From: an uncultured Veillonellaceae bacterium
GTDB taxonomy: Bacteria; Bacillota; Negativicutes; JARBTT01
Assembly: GCA_963805085.1 (NCBI GenBank)
Contig: CAWDTA010000002.1
Span: forward strand, 1,984,001-2,048,000
Direction of reading: 5' to 3'
DNA: 64,000 nucleotides
Position numbers and translations under genes: made by a program. A model generated the notes under the pieces. That model did not search any database. It saw only the letters and a program-made list of their open reading frames with translations, and was not told the origin of the DNA. Shown one piece after another: positions 52,479-62,820 of the stretch (positions are counted from its first letter, which is position 1; each line of letters starts with the position of its first letter).

Positions 52479-54023
52479 TTGTCATGGAAAAAAGTTTTAG
52501 CAGCGAGTCTAATTGCTGCCGCATTGTCATCAGGAGTACAGGCGTCACCGTCTGATTGGGTCTCGCCCAATGTACCGCTGTCGAGTCCACTTTACGGCTA
52601 TATTGAAAAATTCGATGGTTTAGGATATCTCACGTCTATGACAACAGGAACTAAGCCCTATACTCGGATGCAGATGGCTAAATGGGTGACCGAAATTCAG
52701 GCCGAGTCTTCAAAGCGTCCACTGCCGGAGTATCTTTTCGGCATCAAGAAAGAAATGGAACGTGACCTACAGTCGGAGTTAAAGGTGTTGACCGGAGACA
52801 AAGCGGACGTTTCTTTGTCATTAAAAGAAGTTCGTTTAGAGGCGGCCTCCTATACCGGCGATTCGTTACGGTACAGAGCAAATACCAATAGTGGTCCTAT
52901 GGCAGGGTATCAACCTCTTAATGTCAATAATAACGGTTACCGGTATGGAAGTCATGGAAATTTGATAACATCGGCCTGGCTTGCCGGCAAGGTTGGTGAA
53001 AATACGGTAGTGGCTGTGGAGCCGCGTATGAGTTATGATCCTGACCAACATGCCGATGCCGATTTGATTTCCGGATATGTTAAGACAAGAATCAATGGTA
53101 CGGCGATTCAAGTTGGCAAGGATCCGATTTTTTGGGGACACAGTGAAACCGGGTCGCTGATTCTGGGCAATAATATGGAAGCATTGACGTCGATAAAATT
53201 TTCTAATCTGGAACCGTATACTACCCGAGGCTTTCTTCGATTTTTAGGAGAAATGAACTTTACTGGCCTATACAGTGAGTTGGAAAACGACAGAACCCGG
53301 TTAACTTCCAACGAAGTGGACAAGCCTTCCTTTGTCGCTCTGCGCGCTGACTTTACACCAAAGCGAAATGTTACATTAGGACTATCTTTTGCATCTATGG
53401 TGGGTGGAAAAGGCAAAGGGCTGAGCCAGGGTGATTATTGGGATTGGCTGTTGGGATGCAATGCAGATGCCGCACAGGACAAGTGGAATACGATCGCCGG
53501 TCTTGACTTCAAAGTACGAATGCCGCAGTGGGGCGGCGTACAAGTTTATGGCGAATTATACGGTGAGGATCAGTCTAATTATATGCCGTCAAAACCAGCC
53601 GAACGGGGTGGCGTTTATATCCCGCGCTTGAGTAAGGATGGTTCATGGGATATGCGGCTGGAATATGCTCATACAAGTGATTCTTGGTATACACATCAGC
53701 TTTATACCAGCGGATACGTTTACGAGGGGAATATCATCGGTGATCCGATGGGGCATGATGCTAAGCAGTTTTTTGTAAAAGTCGGTCATTATTTGGATAA
53801 GAACACTCAACTTTCGCTGAATGTCAACCAGGTTACGATGGAGCAGAGCATGCCTGTCAAGCAAGTGGTCAACTCCTACTGGTTAGGGTATCAGACTCAG
53901 CTTCGGAAGGGAGTATTTCTTGATGGCTCCTTGGGAATCTCTAGGGTAAGCAATGCCAATTTTACTAATGGGCATGACGATACCGATCACTTTGTTAGCG
54001 TGACTTTGCGTAGGATGTATTGA
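52479..54023 (+). CDS. Capsule assembly Wzi-family outer-membrane protein
   Basis: Signal peptide, KPYTRMQMA, GKDPIFWG, YGELYGED, YTSGYVYEGNIIGDPMGHD, terminal aromatic residue. Confidence 0.8.
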   Translation: MSWKKVLAASLIAAALSSGVQASPSDWVSPNVPLSSPLYGYIEKFDGLGYLTSMTTGTKPYTRMQMAKWVTEIQAESSKRPLPEYLFGIKKEMERDLQSELKVLTGDKADVSLSLKEVRLEAASYTGDSLRYRANTNSGPMAGYQPLNVNNNGYRYGSHGNLITSAWLAGKVGENTVVAVEPRMSYDPDQHADADLISGYVKTRINGTAIQVGKDPIFWGHSETGSLILGNNMEALTSIKFSNLEPYTTRGFLRFLGEMNFTGLYSELENDRTRLTSNEVDKPSFVALRADFTPKRNVTLGLSFASMVGGKGKGLSQGDYWDWLLGCNADAAQDKWNTIAGLDFKVRMPQWGGVQVYGELYGEDQSNYMPSKPAERGGVYIPRLSKDGSWDMRLEYAHTSDSWYTHQLYTSGYVYEGNIIGDPMGHDAKQFFVKVGHYLDKNTQLSLNVNQVTMEQSMPVKQVVNSYWLGYQTQLRKGVFLDGSLGISRVSNANFTNGHDDTDHFVSVTLRRMY

Positions 54024-54105
54024 TCTTTTCGGGTATATAATGAAACACATCCTACAAATGAGTCAAGTGACGATTTTATAACTCATTAAATGGGCGTATA
54101 ATATC

Positions 54106-54200
54106 TTGACGAATATACCAATTTATGCTATTGTGAACTCATAAAATTATTGTTTAGGCAATGAAGCCTCTCCTGTTTAAAGGGGAGGCTTTTTGTTTTT
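54106..54200 (+). promoter_or_regulatory. Promoter and attenuator with ANTAR-like hairpin overlapping a terminator
   Basis: TTGACG-17-TATTGT; aggc-AATGAA-gcct overlaps the 5' arm of aagcctctcct...aggggaggctt-T-run. Confidence 0.6.
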
Positions 54201-54227
54201 TGTCTTAATAGAAAAGGAATAAATTTT

Positions 54228-54593
54228 ATGCAACAAGATATTAATTTAGCACTTTGTTATGATAAAAATACAATATATATAGTTGGTAATGCTAAAACAC
54301 AACAGAGTAATCCCATTACTATTCAATATGGACAATTTTTTATCGGTTTTGTTATTAATAAAGAAAATGGCATAATTATTGATTGCGATGTCTCATCGAC
54401 CATCAATACAACAGCTAAATTTATTCGTAGCTTGCTTATCGGTAAAAACATGAGGGATAATTCAGAAGTAATTAAGCAAGAACTTGAAAGTCGTTATTTT
54501 GCATCATCACAAAAGGCGATTTTAGTAGCCTATAAAGATGCTCAAAAAAAGTTTATCTGCTTTCAAAAAGGTGGACAAATAGAGTTATCGTAG
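54228..54593 (+). CDS. DUF3870 family protein
   Basis: TIYIVGNAKTQQSNPIT, RYFASSQKAILVAYKDA. Confidence 0.8.
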   Translation: MQQDINLALCYDKNTIYIVGNAKTQQSNPITIQYGQFFIGFVINKENGIIIDCDVSSTINTTAKFIRSLLIGKNMRDNSEVIKQELESRYFASSQKAILVAYKDAQKKFICFQKGGQIELS

Positions 54594-54896
54594 TAAGTTT
54601 AAATATTATGATAAATTTTCTATTCTGGTATAGAATGTTTCTGTATTGTGATGAATACCATATATCGTATGATTGCTATGTAGTTTATGCTGCTTTGTTC
54701 ACACATATGTTTGCTTATAAACAAGCGTAGAAGTAAATGAAATCCAGCAAGATAAGCTCTCCTAAGGGGATCTGTCTTGCTGGATTTTTATTATTTACGA
54801 CAGATTAATTTATTTTACTATTAAATTTAGGGAGTGATAAGATGACGGAATTGTGGGACTTAAAAAAGTAACGAAAAAGAAGGAGGAACTTGTACT

Positions 54897-55670
54897 GTGA
54901 AAATTACTGAGTTTAAAATTAGTAAAGTAAGTATTCCCCTCAAAAAAACGTTTAAAACGGCTTTACGGCAGGTGAATTCGGCGGAGGATATTATCATCAA
55001 GGTAATTACTGATACAGATGAAGTTGGCTATGGCAATGCACCTCCGACAGCAGTTATCACCGGTGACAGTCAGGACTCGGTAATAGCTGCCATTCGTGAA
55101 GCTGTGGGATATGATATTAAAATTCGTCTTGATGCCAACCAAGGCTGGAGTCCGAAAGAGGCGGTCCGAACTATTCGCAAATTTGAAAATATGGGACTTG
55201 ATATTGAATTAATTGAACAACCAGTAAAAGCCCATGACTTTGAAGGACTAAAATATGTAACTGATAACGTGGAAACCAATATTATGGCAGACGAATCGGC
55301 CTTTGGACCTTATGAAGTATTCCAACTTCTATCCATGAGAGCTTGCGATCTGATAAACATTAAATTAATGAAAGCCGGTGGACTCCATAATGCTATTAAA
55401 ATTGCGAGTATGGCTGAGACCATGGGAGTGCAGTGTATGATGGGATGCATGCTTGAGAGTAAGATAGGAATTACAGCAGCAGCCAGTATCACTGCCGGGA
55501 AAAAAATAATCACTAAAACAGATTTGGATGCGGCCGTATTGTTAGCCTCAGATCCAATAGTGGGGGGCGTAAGTTTTTGTAGAAATCAGATTCTTATGCC
55601 CGAAACTCCTGGTTTAGGAATTACAGATATAGAAGGATGGCAAGAAATAGATATAAAAAATTATAAATAG
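54897..55670 (+). pseudogene. L-Ala-D/L-Glu dipeptide epimerase with large in-frame deletion
   Basis: N-terminal FKTALR...APPTAVITGDS joined directly to REAVG...RLDANQGW; KxK region absent; 257 aa. Confidence 0.75.
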
Positions 55671-55688
55671 AAAGGGTGAAATAATTGT

Positions 55689-56996
55689 ATGGAAACTGCT
55701 GGATTTAATATTTGGTGGGGATTATTGGGGCTATTGCCACTTGGGGTTTATGTAATTCTTGTTTTTCGTGATATGGACCCCCTCCCGGTTACAGTTTTAT
55801 GCGTCATTATAGGTGCTATTCTTACAAGTCAAAGCTTAGTGTCATTTGCTACTGTTATGGCTAATGCTATGGGATCATTTTTGGCATTAGTCGGTTTGAT
55901 TATTATGTTAGGGCGCGGTCTAGGAGAAGTACTGACAGAGACAAAAGTTAGTCATGCGCTGGTACATAAAATTATCTATAGTGTCGGTGTTGATACTGAA
56001 AATAAAGCGATGCTTGGTATGATGATAGCCTGTCTTGTTGTTGTAGGGCTGCTCGGCACCATGGCTGGAGGAAATGCTATCTTGGCGCCGATTATATTAC
56101 CAATTGCCGCAACTGCTGGCTTGACGCGTAGCACTGTTGGGGTGCTATTTCAAGCCTGTGGCGAAGAAGCACTTATTTTGGGACCGTTTACGCCACCGGT
56201 GATTGCTTTACTTGGCTTAACACACACCAATTATGGTGAAATGCTACTAAAAGTTGCTTTGCCAATTGCAGCTGTAACGTTAGTTACTACTTGGATTGTG
56301 GTACATCGTATTCAGAAAAAAACGAAAGGCAAAAATGATTATGATATCCCAGAAAATGTTGATAAATTCATACCCACTCATAGGCAAAATTGGACAAGTG
56401 TATTTTTTATAGTTACGTTTATCGCTGCTGTAGTATATGGTATTGTGATGAAAGCTGGTACGGCCTATGTTATTGTCGTTATGCTTAGTTTATCGCTAAT
56501 TACCGGCGTAGCTGGTGGATTAAATATTGATAAAATTTTTAAATTAATTATTAAAGGAATGGCCGGAAATGTAGGATTATTCATTTTATTTCTTTTTCTT
56601 GAGCCATTTATGAATTTTATTGAGCAGGCTGGAGGATTTAAAGCACTAGGACTGATTTTACAACCATTGGTTAATATGGGTGGTAAGCCTTTTGTAGCAA
56701 TTATTGGCGGATTGACTGGTGCATTTGGATTAACAGGTGCTACCGTCGCAGTAATGAAGATGCTAAATGATATGTTTGGCACATTGGTAACGCAATATGG
56801 TGTATCAATGGCTGCATGGTCTGTTGGCTTAGTAGTAGCTACTCGTGTTGCGAATTTTGTATACCCGGGTTCTAATATGTTTAGTTCGATGGGATTTGCC
56901 GAATCAAAAGATATTAAGTCCATGATTAAAAATGGTGTTATTGTTGCAGCAATGCAAATTGTATTTCTTATTATCTATGCCAATTTATTTTCTTAA
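55689..56996 (+). CDS. Polytopic secondary transporter (IT superfamily-like)
   Basis: Many hydrophobic helices; follows the epimerase. Confidence 0.7.
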   Translation: METAGFNIWWGLLGLLPLGVYVILVFRDMDPLPVTVLCVIIGAILTSQSLVSFATVMANAMGSFLALVGLIIMLGRGLGEVLTETKVSHALVHKIIYSVGVDTENKAMLGMMIACLVVVGLLGTMAGGNAILAPIILPIAATAGLTRSTVGVLFQACGEEALILGPFTPPVIALLGLTHTNYGEMLLKVALPIAAVTLVTTWIVVHRIQKKTKGKNDYDIPENVDKFIPTHRQNWTSVFFIVTFIAAVVYGIVMKAGTAYVIVVMLSLSLITGVAGGLNIDKIFKLIIKGMAGNVGLFILFLFLEPFMNFIEQAGGFKALGLILQPLVNMGGKPFVAIIGGLTGAFGLTGATVAVMKMLNDMFGTLVTQYGVSMAAWSVGLVVATRVANFVYPGSNMFSSMGFAESKDIKSMIKNGVIVAAMQIVFLIIYANLFS

Positions 56997-57266
56997 AACA
57001 AGAAATCAATTTAGATACAGAATTGGCAAGTTGAAATAGGAGTAGTAGTTTGTAATATAAATGAAGGCTTCTTGCCGAGAGTACAAATGAATGGTGTTAT
57101 CTGAAGTCGACAGAGGTTTATCGAAAAATAAAAGTTCAATAGGAGAAAATAAGAACTTTTAATTAATTGAATTGAGTAAATTATAGCATGGGTATAACCA
57201 AGTCGATTAACGAATCACTGAGTTCAATCGTTGAACTTAAATATATTATATGAAGGGGAATTTATA

Positions 57267-58160
57267 ATGATAAAAGTGGTAGTAGAAAAAATGGTAGCCT
57301 CATTAATGTTTATGTGTATTATGATTGTTTGTCTGTTTACGCTAGTTTTACCCAAGGTAGCAAGTGCTGCAGGAACAATTTCTGAAAAATGGTTGAGCCA
57401 GCAGGTTACAACTATGCCGATTGAAAAAGGTGTAAAGTATGCCATTTATGTAAAGCCTTTAGGAGATGATGGAAAGGCCGTAATCCTCAATTCCCACAAG
57501 ATGGCTTCAGCAAGCTTGATTAAAATCCCTATCATGATTGAAGCATTTAACCAAAAAAATCAGGGAAAACTGGATTTTAACGAACCAGTAGTTATTAAAC
57601 ACTCACAAGCGGTAGAAGGAGGTTCTGTCTATAATCTTCCTGATGGAACCATCCTTACGATCGGACAAATTCTTGATTTAATGATTGTCCAAAGTGATAA
57701 TACCGCTGCTAACATCTTAATTGACAAACTAAAAATGGAAAGTGTCAATGCTATGATTAAAAGCTTAGGGTGCAAAGAGACGGTCTTGCAAAGAAAAATG
57801 ATGGATTTTGAAGCTGTCAAACAAGGTAGTCAGAATTATACTTCGGTAAATGATATAGCAAATATATTGGATAAACTATATTCATCACAATGCCTTGATC
57901 CTGAAAGTGATAAGGCTATGCTTGATATTATGCTAAGACAAGAAGACAATACGGTAATTCCAGCTCAACTGCCACATGATTTGAAGATAGCGCACAAAAC
58001 AGGAGAGTTAGACGGTATGTATTATGATTGCGGTATTGTCTACGGTCATAGTCATGACTATATTCTCTGTATTATGGCTGAAAATGTAAAAGATGAACCG
58101 CATGCTTTATATGATATGTCATCTTTGTCGATTGCAATTTATGACCAGATTGGTCGGTAA
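57267..58160 (+). CDS. Class-A-beta-lactamase-fold serine hydrolase (PBP-A-like)
   Basis: ASASLIK (SxxK), SDN, AHKTG; signal peptide. Confidence 0.85.
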   Translation: MIKVVVEKMVASLMFMCIMIVCLFTLVLPKVASAAGTISEKWLSQQVTTMPIEKGVKYAIYVKPLGDDGKAVILNSHKMASASLIKIPIMIEAFNQKNQGKLDFNEPVVIKHSQAVEGGSVYNLPDGTILTIGQILDLMIVQSDNTAANILIDKLKMESVNAMIKSLGCKETVLQRKMMDFEAVKQGSQNYTSVNDIANILDKLYSSQCLDPESDKAMLDIMLRQEDNTVIPAQLPHDLKIAHKTGELDGMYYDCGIVYGHSHDYILCIMAENVKDEPHALYDMSSLSIAIYDQIGR

Positions 58161-58569
58161 GATATAAAATAAAGTGCGACAACTAATCAACGGCAGTATC
58201 ATGATGTCAGAAAAGAAATGGCAAAATCTAATGAAAAAAGTGGATAATGCGGTTGATACCATAAAAGACAATAAAAGTGAGCAGGAACGAGAAGAGAAAA
58301 AACAGTTGGAAGAGAAAAATTTGATACAAAAAGATACGATTGCTGTCAGTTTCCAAAAGCATAAAACTAACATTTAATTTTTTTGATCCAAAATTAATTC
58401 AAACATCCGGCTATACTGCTTTTCTTCCTGCAATCGGGAAAAGAGATTAAGAACAGAAAACAAAATGCCTATGCATGAATAAGCATTTTGTTTTCAGATT
58501 AATGCAACCCCTAGCTATAAGGAAAGCGGGGAGCGTTGGCACAATGCCACCGCTCCCCGTAATTTTTTA

Positions 58570-59445
58570 TTAATATGCCAGTACCTCATAGCCCGTTTCG
58601 GTTACGAGCACTGTTTTTTCCCATTGTGCAGAAGGCTTTCCATCAGCAGTGCGAACAGTCCAATTATCGTATTTATTTGTTACTATTCTGGACTTTCCCA
58701 TATTTATCATAGGCTCTACAGTAAAAACAAGTCCTGGAACTAAGAGCATTTCCGTCCCTTTTTTGGACACATAACTGACCCAAGGATCTTCGTGAAATTG
58801 CAAACCAATACCGTGCCCACCGATTTCTCGAACAACAGAATATCCATTTTTCCTTGCATGGTCATGAACCACTTGCCCAATATCTCCGAGAAATCCCCAC
58901 GGTTTTACTTGTTCAATGCCCAGCTCCATACACTCTTTCGCAACATCAACCAGTTTTTGTTTCTCGGCGGAAACAGCACCAACGCAAAACATGCGTGAAG
59001 AATCTGAAAAAAAGCCGTTGTAAATTGTAGACACATCAATATTTGTAATATCGCCGTTTCGCAGGAATACACGAGCAGAGGGGATACCATGACAGGCAAC
59101 ATCATTGATTGAGATACACACACTTTTAGGGTATCCGTTGTAATTAAGCGTTGCCGGAGTGCCTCCGAGTTCTTTTGTTTTTTCAAAGATGAGTCGGTCA
59201 AGTTCTTCCGTGGTTACTCCCTCAACGACGTAATCCTCGATGAAATCCAGTAAGGCAATATTTCGTTTACTGCTTTCCCGAATACCTTCAATCTGTTGTT
59301 TCGTTTTAAGCAATTTTCGATGAGGTACTTCATATCCCTTTAAACGATAGTTTTTAATTCGTTCCTCAATAGGGAGATGACATTTCTTATATTTTTGACC
59401 GCTGCCACACCAGCAGAGATCATTTCTTCCAAACTTGTCAGACAT
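58570..59445 (-). CDS. map: Methionine aminopeptidase type I with N-terminal SEC-C motif
   Basis: GRNDLCWCGSGQKYKKCH, YPKSVCISIND, CHGIP, GHGIG, TVEPMIN, SAQWEKT. Confidence 0.93.
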   Translation of the reverse strand: MSDKFGRNDLCWCGSGQKYKKCHLPIEERIKNYRLKGYEVPHRKLLKTKQQIEGIRESSKRNIALLDFIEDYVVEGVTTEELDRLIFEKTKELGGTPATLNYNGYPKSVCISINDVACHGIPSARVFLRNGDITNIDVSTIYNGFFSDSSRMFCVGAVSAEKQKLVDVAKECMELGIEQVKPWGFLGDIGQVVHDHARKNGYSVVREIGGHGIGLQFHEDPWVSYVSKKGTEMLLVPGLVFTVEPMINMGKSRIVTNKYDNWTVRTADGKPSAQWEKTVLVTETGYEVLAY

Positions 59446-59487
59446 TTTATCTCCTCGCATTTATAAATTCGGAGAGAGCAATATGCC

Positions 59488-59835
59488 CTATGGACTAAGT
59501 GCGCCAAGAGAAATACCGCAAACTTTCCGATATTGCCGTGGTGAACATTGAAACGCCTGTGAAAAGGCTCTTGTAAACGCTTCAGATGACGAGTACCCAT
59601 ATCGAAAAGCAATATCGGTTATTCTGTCATTGGTTATGCAAAGATCATAAGCGGCGGCTTTTAATTTACATTGGGCAAGAAATTGTTTATATGTTATCCC
59701 CATGTGCTCACGAAACTTTGTAGAGCAGTAATACGGTGAATAACCAACATATGATGACATATCTTGCAGGCTTGGGTTTTCCGTTATATTATTTTCTACC
59801 CACTTTGCCATTGCTTCTATTGTTTGTACAGACAT
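59488..59835 (-). CDS. Short AraC-family regulator (HTH only)
   Basis: SLQDMSSYVGYSPYY, ITDIAFRYGYSSSEAFTRAF...SPRQYRK. Confidence 0.88.
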   Translation of the reverse strand: MSVQTIEAMAKWVENNITENPSLQDMSSYVGYSPYYCSTKFREHMGITYKQFLAQCKLKAAAYDLCITNDRITDIAFRYGYSSSEAFTRAFSQAFQCSPRQYRKVCGISLGALSP

Positions 59836-60085
59836 TTGCTTCACTCCTTTTTCCAGTATATCAGTCGCCAAAGTAAATTACTTGATCTGAGTTGCACATA
59901 TGAGATAAGGTGCCTGCCGATAGTCTCCGTAATTTGACTGCAGCAGGAGTTTACGGAGGTCTTTAATTATAAATAATCGGAATTGACTATCTGTAAAATT
60001 TATTCAATTGTATTATATGTATTATACAAAAATTTGATTAATAACTCTACTCTGGCAAACCGTTTTATATACCAAAATGAAACAT

Positions 60086-60903
60086 AAGGGACGTTCCTTT
60101 TTTGACAACAAAGTGATATAGTTGTTGTAAGAGGTGATAAAAATGTCACGAGAAGCAAGAAAATTAAGTGAAAGTGGATTTTATCATATAGTATTTCGAG
60201 GAATCAATCATCAAAATATCTTCGAAGACGAACAAGATTTTGAATATATGCTAGAGATATTCAAAAAAATTAAAACAAGAAATGCAGTTTGAAATACATG
60301 CATATTGCTTAATGACAAATCACGTACATATTTTATTAAAAGAAAGTCAAACAGGAGACATATCAACAATATTAAAAAGGTTACTAACAAAATACGTAAT
60401 GAAATTTAATAAAAAATATCAAAGAAGCGGAGCTTTGATAGGAAGTAGATATAAAAGTAAAGTGGTAGAAGTAGATGAATACTTTATTCCATTGATAGTA
60501 TATATACATCAAAATCCATTAAGAGCAGGAATCGTAGAAAAATTAGAAAACTATAAATATAGTAGCTACTGTGAATATCTAGGTGAAAGAAAATTTGTCG
60601 ATGTACAACTATCCTTAGAAATGTTAGGAAAAAAAGAATGGATTAAAGTACATCAGCAATTGGTAGAAAATAAATTTCAAGTCGAAGGTCGGAAAAAACT
60701 AAGTGAAGAAGAAATTCGGCAGAAAATCCTAAAAGATACGGATAATATAGAACCGCAAAGAATAGGAGCACTAGAAAAAACAGAACGAGATAGAATACTA
60801 CAAAAGTTAAAAAATTCTGGATTATCAATAAGAGAAATAGAAAGATCGACAGGGATATCGAGAGGGATTGTAACTAAAAGTTGACGAAAAAGGAACGTCC
60901 CCT
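60086..60903 (+). mobile_element. RAYT/Y1 transposase element with terminal inverted repeats
   Basis: aagggacgttccttttt (60086) and aaaaaggaacgtcccct (60887-60903) flank the gene. Confidence 0.75.
60143..60884 (+). pseudogene. REP-associated tyrosine transposase, +1 frameshift in A7 at 60263-60269
   Basis: MSREARKLSESGFYHIVFRGIN...IF, then in the next frame AYCLMTNHVHIL (HUH), YIHQNPLRAG, YKYSSY and C-terminal HTH. Confidence 0.85.
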
Positions 60904-60928
60904 AGTGTCTCTAGTGTCTCTAGTGTCT
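60902..60928. repeat. 9-bp tandem repeat x3
   Basis: ctagtgtct x3 at the element's right end. Confidence 0.9.
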
Positions 60929-61364
60929 ACAGGGGCTAGAGGACGTAACTTATATTAATGGAAAACTTAAGGCAAGGATGATCTACTCTGCCGAAATCAT
61001 TAAACCTGGCACGTTAGGAAGGAATATTGCTCCATATATGTCGGAGGTTGAGTTGATCAAGGGAGAAAATATTTGGCTAATAAGTTCATGGAAGCAAATC
61101 AAGGGTGCGGCAGATGATTTAGAGTATTTTCGAGATGTTCTAGGCAAAATTGATAATGCTAAAAAACGTTATGGCGTAGAGGACTTAGCGAATTGGGATG
61201 GCTTAAAAGACTGAGTGCCGGTTCTTTTTTTCTGAAACAAGGATACAAAAGAAAAACATTTCCTTATTAACCTAGGTATAACTATTTTAGAAAAGAGTTG
61301 TATCTAGTTAATAAGGGGATGGATACACAAAAGGCAATGTATAGACATGAAAGGTGGTTTAGCA

Positions 61365-62312
61365 ATGAAGATTCTCATAGTCGGTTATTTTACCGAGACC
61401 TCAAAATCAAATATTGCAAGGCATTTTCCGAAAGACTGGGACATTGTAATTGTCCCGCCTGGAAAAGAAATGCTGCATCATATTGAAGATTGTCAGGTAA
61501 TCATACCTGAACATATTAAAGTGGATTACAGTCTGCTCTCTACAGCAAAAAAATTAAAATTGGTACAGACGGGTGCAGGATTTGATAATGTAGATATCGA
61601 TGCCTGTACGCAGCTTGGCATTTGGGCGGCCAATGCTGCAGGAGTGAATGCACAGGCAGTGGCCGAGCACGTAATGGCACTGATATTGTCTTATTATAAA
61701 AACATACCGTTTCTTGATGCTTTCATGAAAAACAAGATGGATGAAAATCAATTGAACTATACAGGGAGTGAATTAAAGGGCAAAACGATTGGAATTATCG
61801 GCTTGGGGGCCGTCGGTAAAAAAGTAACTGAGTTTTGCAAGGTTTTTGATATGAATGTGTTGGCTTATGCTAGAAATACCGCTCAACAATCTGACAGTTT
61901 TGTGAAAATGACGGATTTCGATACTCTTGTAAGCACGTCGGATATAGTAAGTGTACATATACCCCTGAATCAGCAAACCAAACAGCTGATTAACAAAACA
62001 GTATTCAAGAAAATGAAGAATACAGCACTTTTTATCAATACAGCCCGCGGTGGGATTGTCAATGAAAGAGAATTAATAGATGCATTAAAAAGCAGGGACA
62101 TTTCAGGTGCATGCCTAGATGTGTTTGAAACTGAGCCGCTTCCAATTGACAGTGAACTCCGAAACCTAAGTAATGTAATACTTACTCCCCATACGGCAGG
62201 AATGCCTGACGGTCTCAAACTTCATAAAAAAAGATATGATTTTTTTGTGAATAATATAAAACGTGTAGAAAATGGTGAAGAGCCGGAAAGCAAGCTCAAC
62301 CAGTTATTATAG
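61365..62312 (+). CDS. D-2-hydroxyacid dehydrogenase
   Basis: GAGFDNVD, AVAEH, GLGAVG, INTARG, LDVFETEP, TPHTAG. Confidence 0.93.
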   Translation: MKILIVGYFTETSKSNIARHFPKDWDIVIVPPGKEMLHHIEDCQVIIPEHIKVDYSLLSTAKKLKLVQTGAGFDNVDIDACTQLGIWAANAAGVNAQAVAEHVMALILSYYKNIPFLDAFMKNKMDENQLNYTGSELKGKTIGIIGLGAVGKKVTEFCKVFDMNVLAYARNTAQQSDSFVKMTDFDTLVSTSDIVSVHIPLNQQTKQLINKTVFKKMKNTALFINTARGGIVNERELIDALKSRDISGACLDVFETEPLPIDSELRNLSNVILTPHTAGMPDGLKLHKKRYDFFVNNIKRVENGEEPESKLNQLL

Positions 62313-62332
62313 TTTTGGTACAATAAAAATAA

Positions 62333-62782
62333 ATTACTTCACCAGGGATGCTTTATGGAGATTTGGATATTGAATCTATTAAACAAGGTAAATCCAAAAT
62401 CAGGAACAAAGGTATTGCTGAAATATTCAATCGAATGAAGATTATTGAGGAATGGGGAACAGGAATCAACAGGATTATATCTGGCTGTAGAGAATATGGT
62501 TTGCTAGAACCGGAATTTAGTGAACTTGGCGATAGTTTTAGAGTGAATATTTTTAGAAAAACCACCCTTAAAACCACTGCAGATCAAAATGCAAAAAAGC
62601 TAACGGATATGCAGAAAAAGTTGGTTTCATTGATACAGTCCGATGCTAAAATTTCAAAAGAAAAAATGATGAAAAAGTTGGGGTTGACGGAGTACAAAAT
62701 AAAGAGTGAAATAAAGGCTTTGAGGAATGCTGAAATCATTGATCGAGAAGGCGGTAGTAAAGGAAGATGGATTATAAAATGA
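62333..62782 (+). pseudogene. 5'-truncated ATP-binding (RecG-C/HATPase) plus HTH protein
   Basis: Begins mid-domain at ITSPGMLYGDL; SKIRNKGIAEIF, IEEWGTGINRI, REGGSKGRWII. Confidence 0.7.
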
Positions 62783-62820
62783 GGCAGGATTCCATTGTCA
62801 TTACTAAGGAGGGAAAAATA

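Noticed and set aside
57267-58160. Beta-lactam resistance gene
   Set aside because: Fold motifs are present but no clear deacylation Glu; context suggests cell-wall metabolism.
58174-58377. 67-aa plus-strand ORF
   Set aside because: No RBS or family recognised; probably a fragment, so not called.
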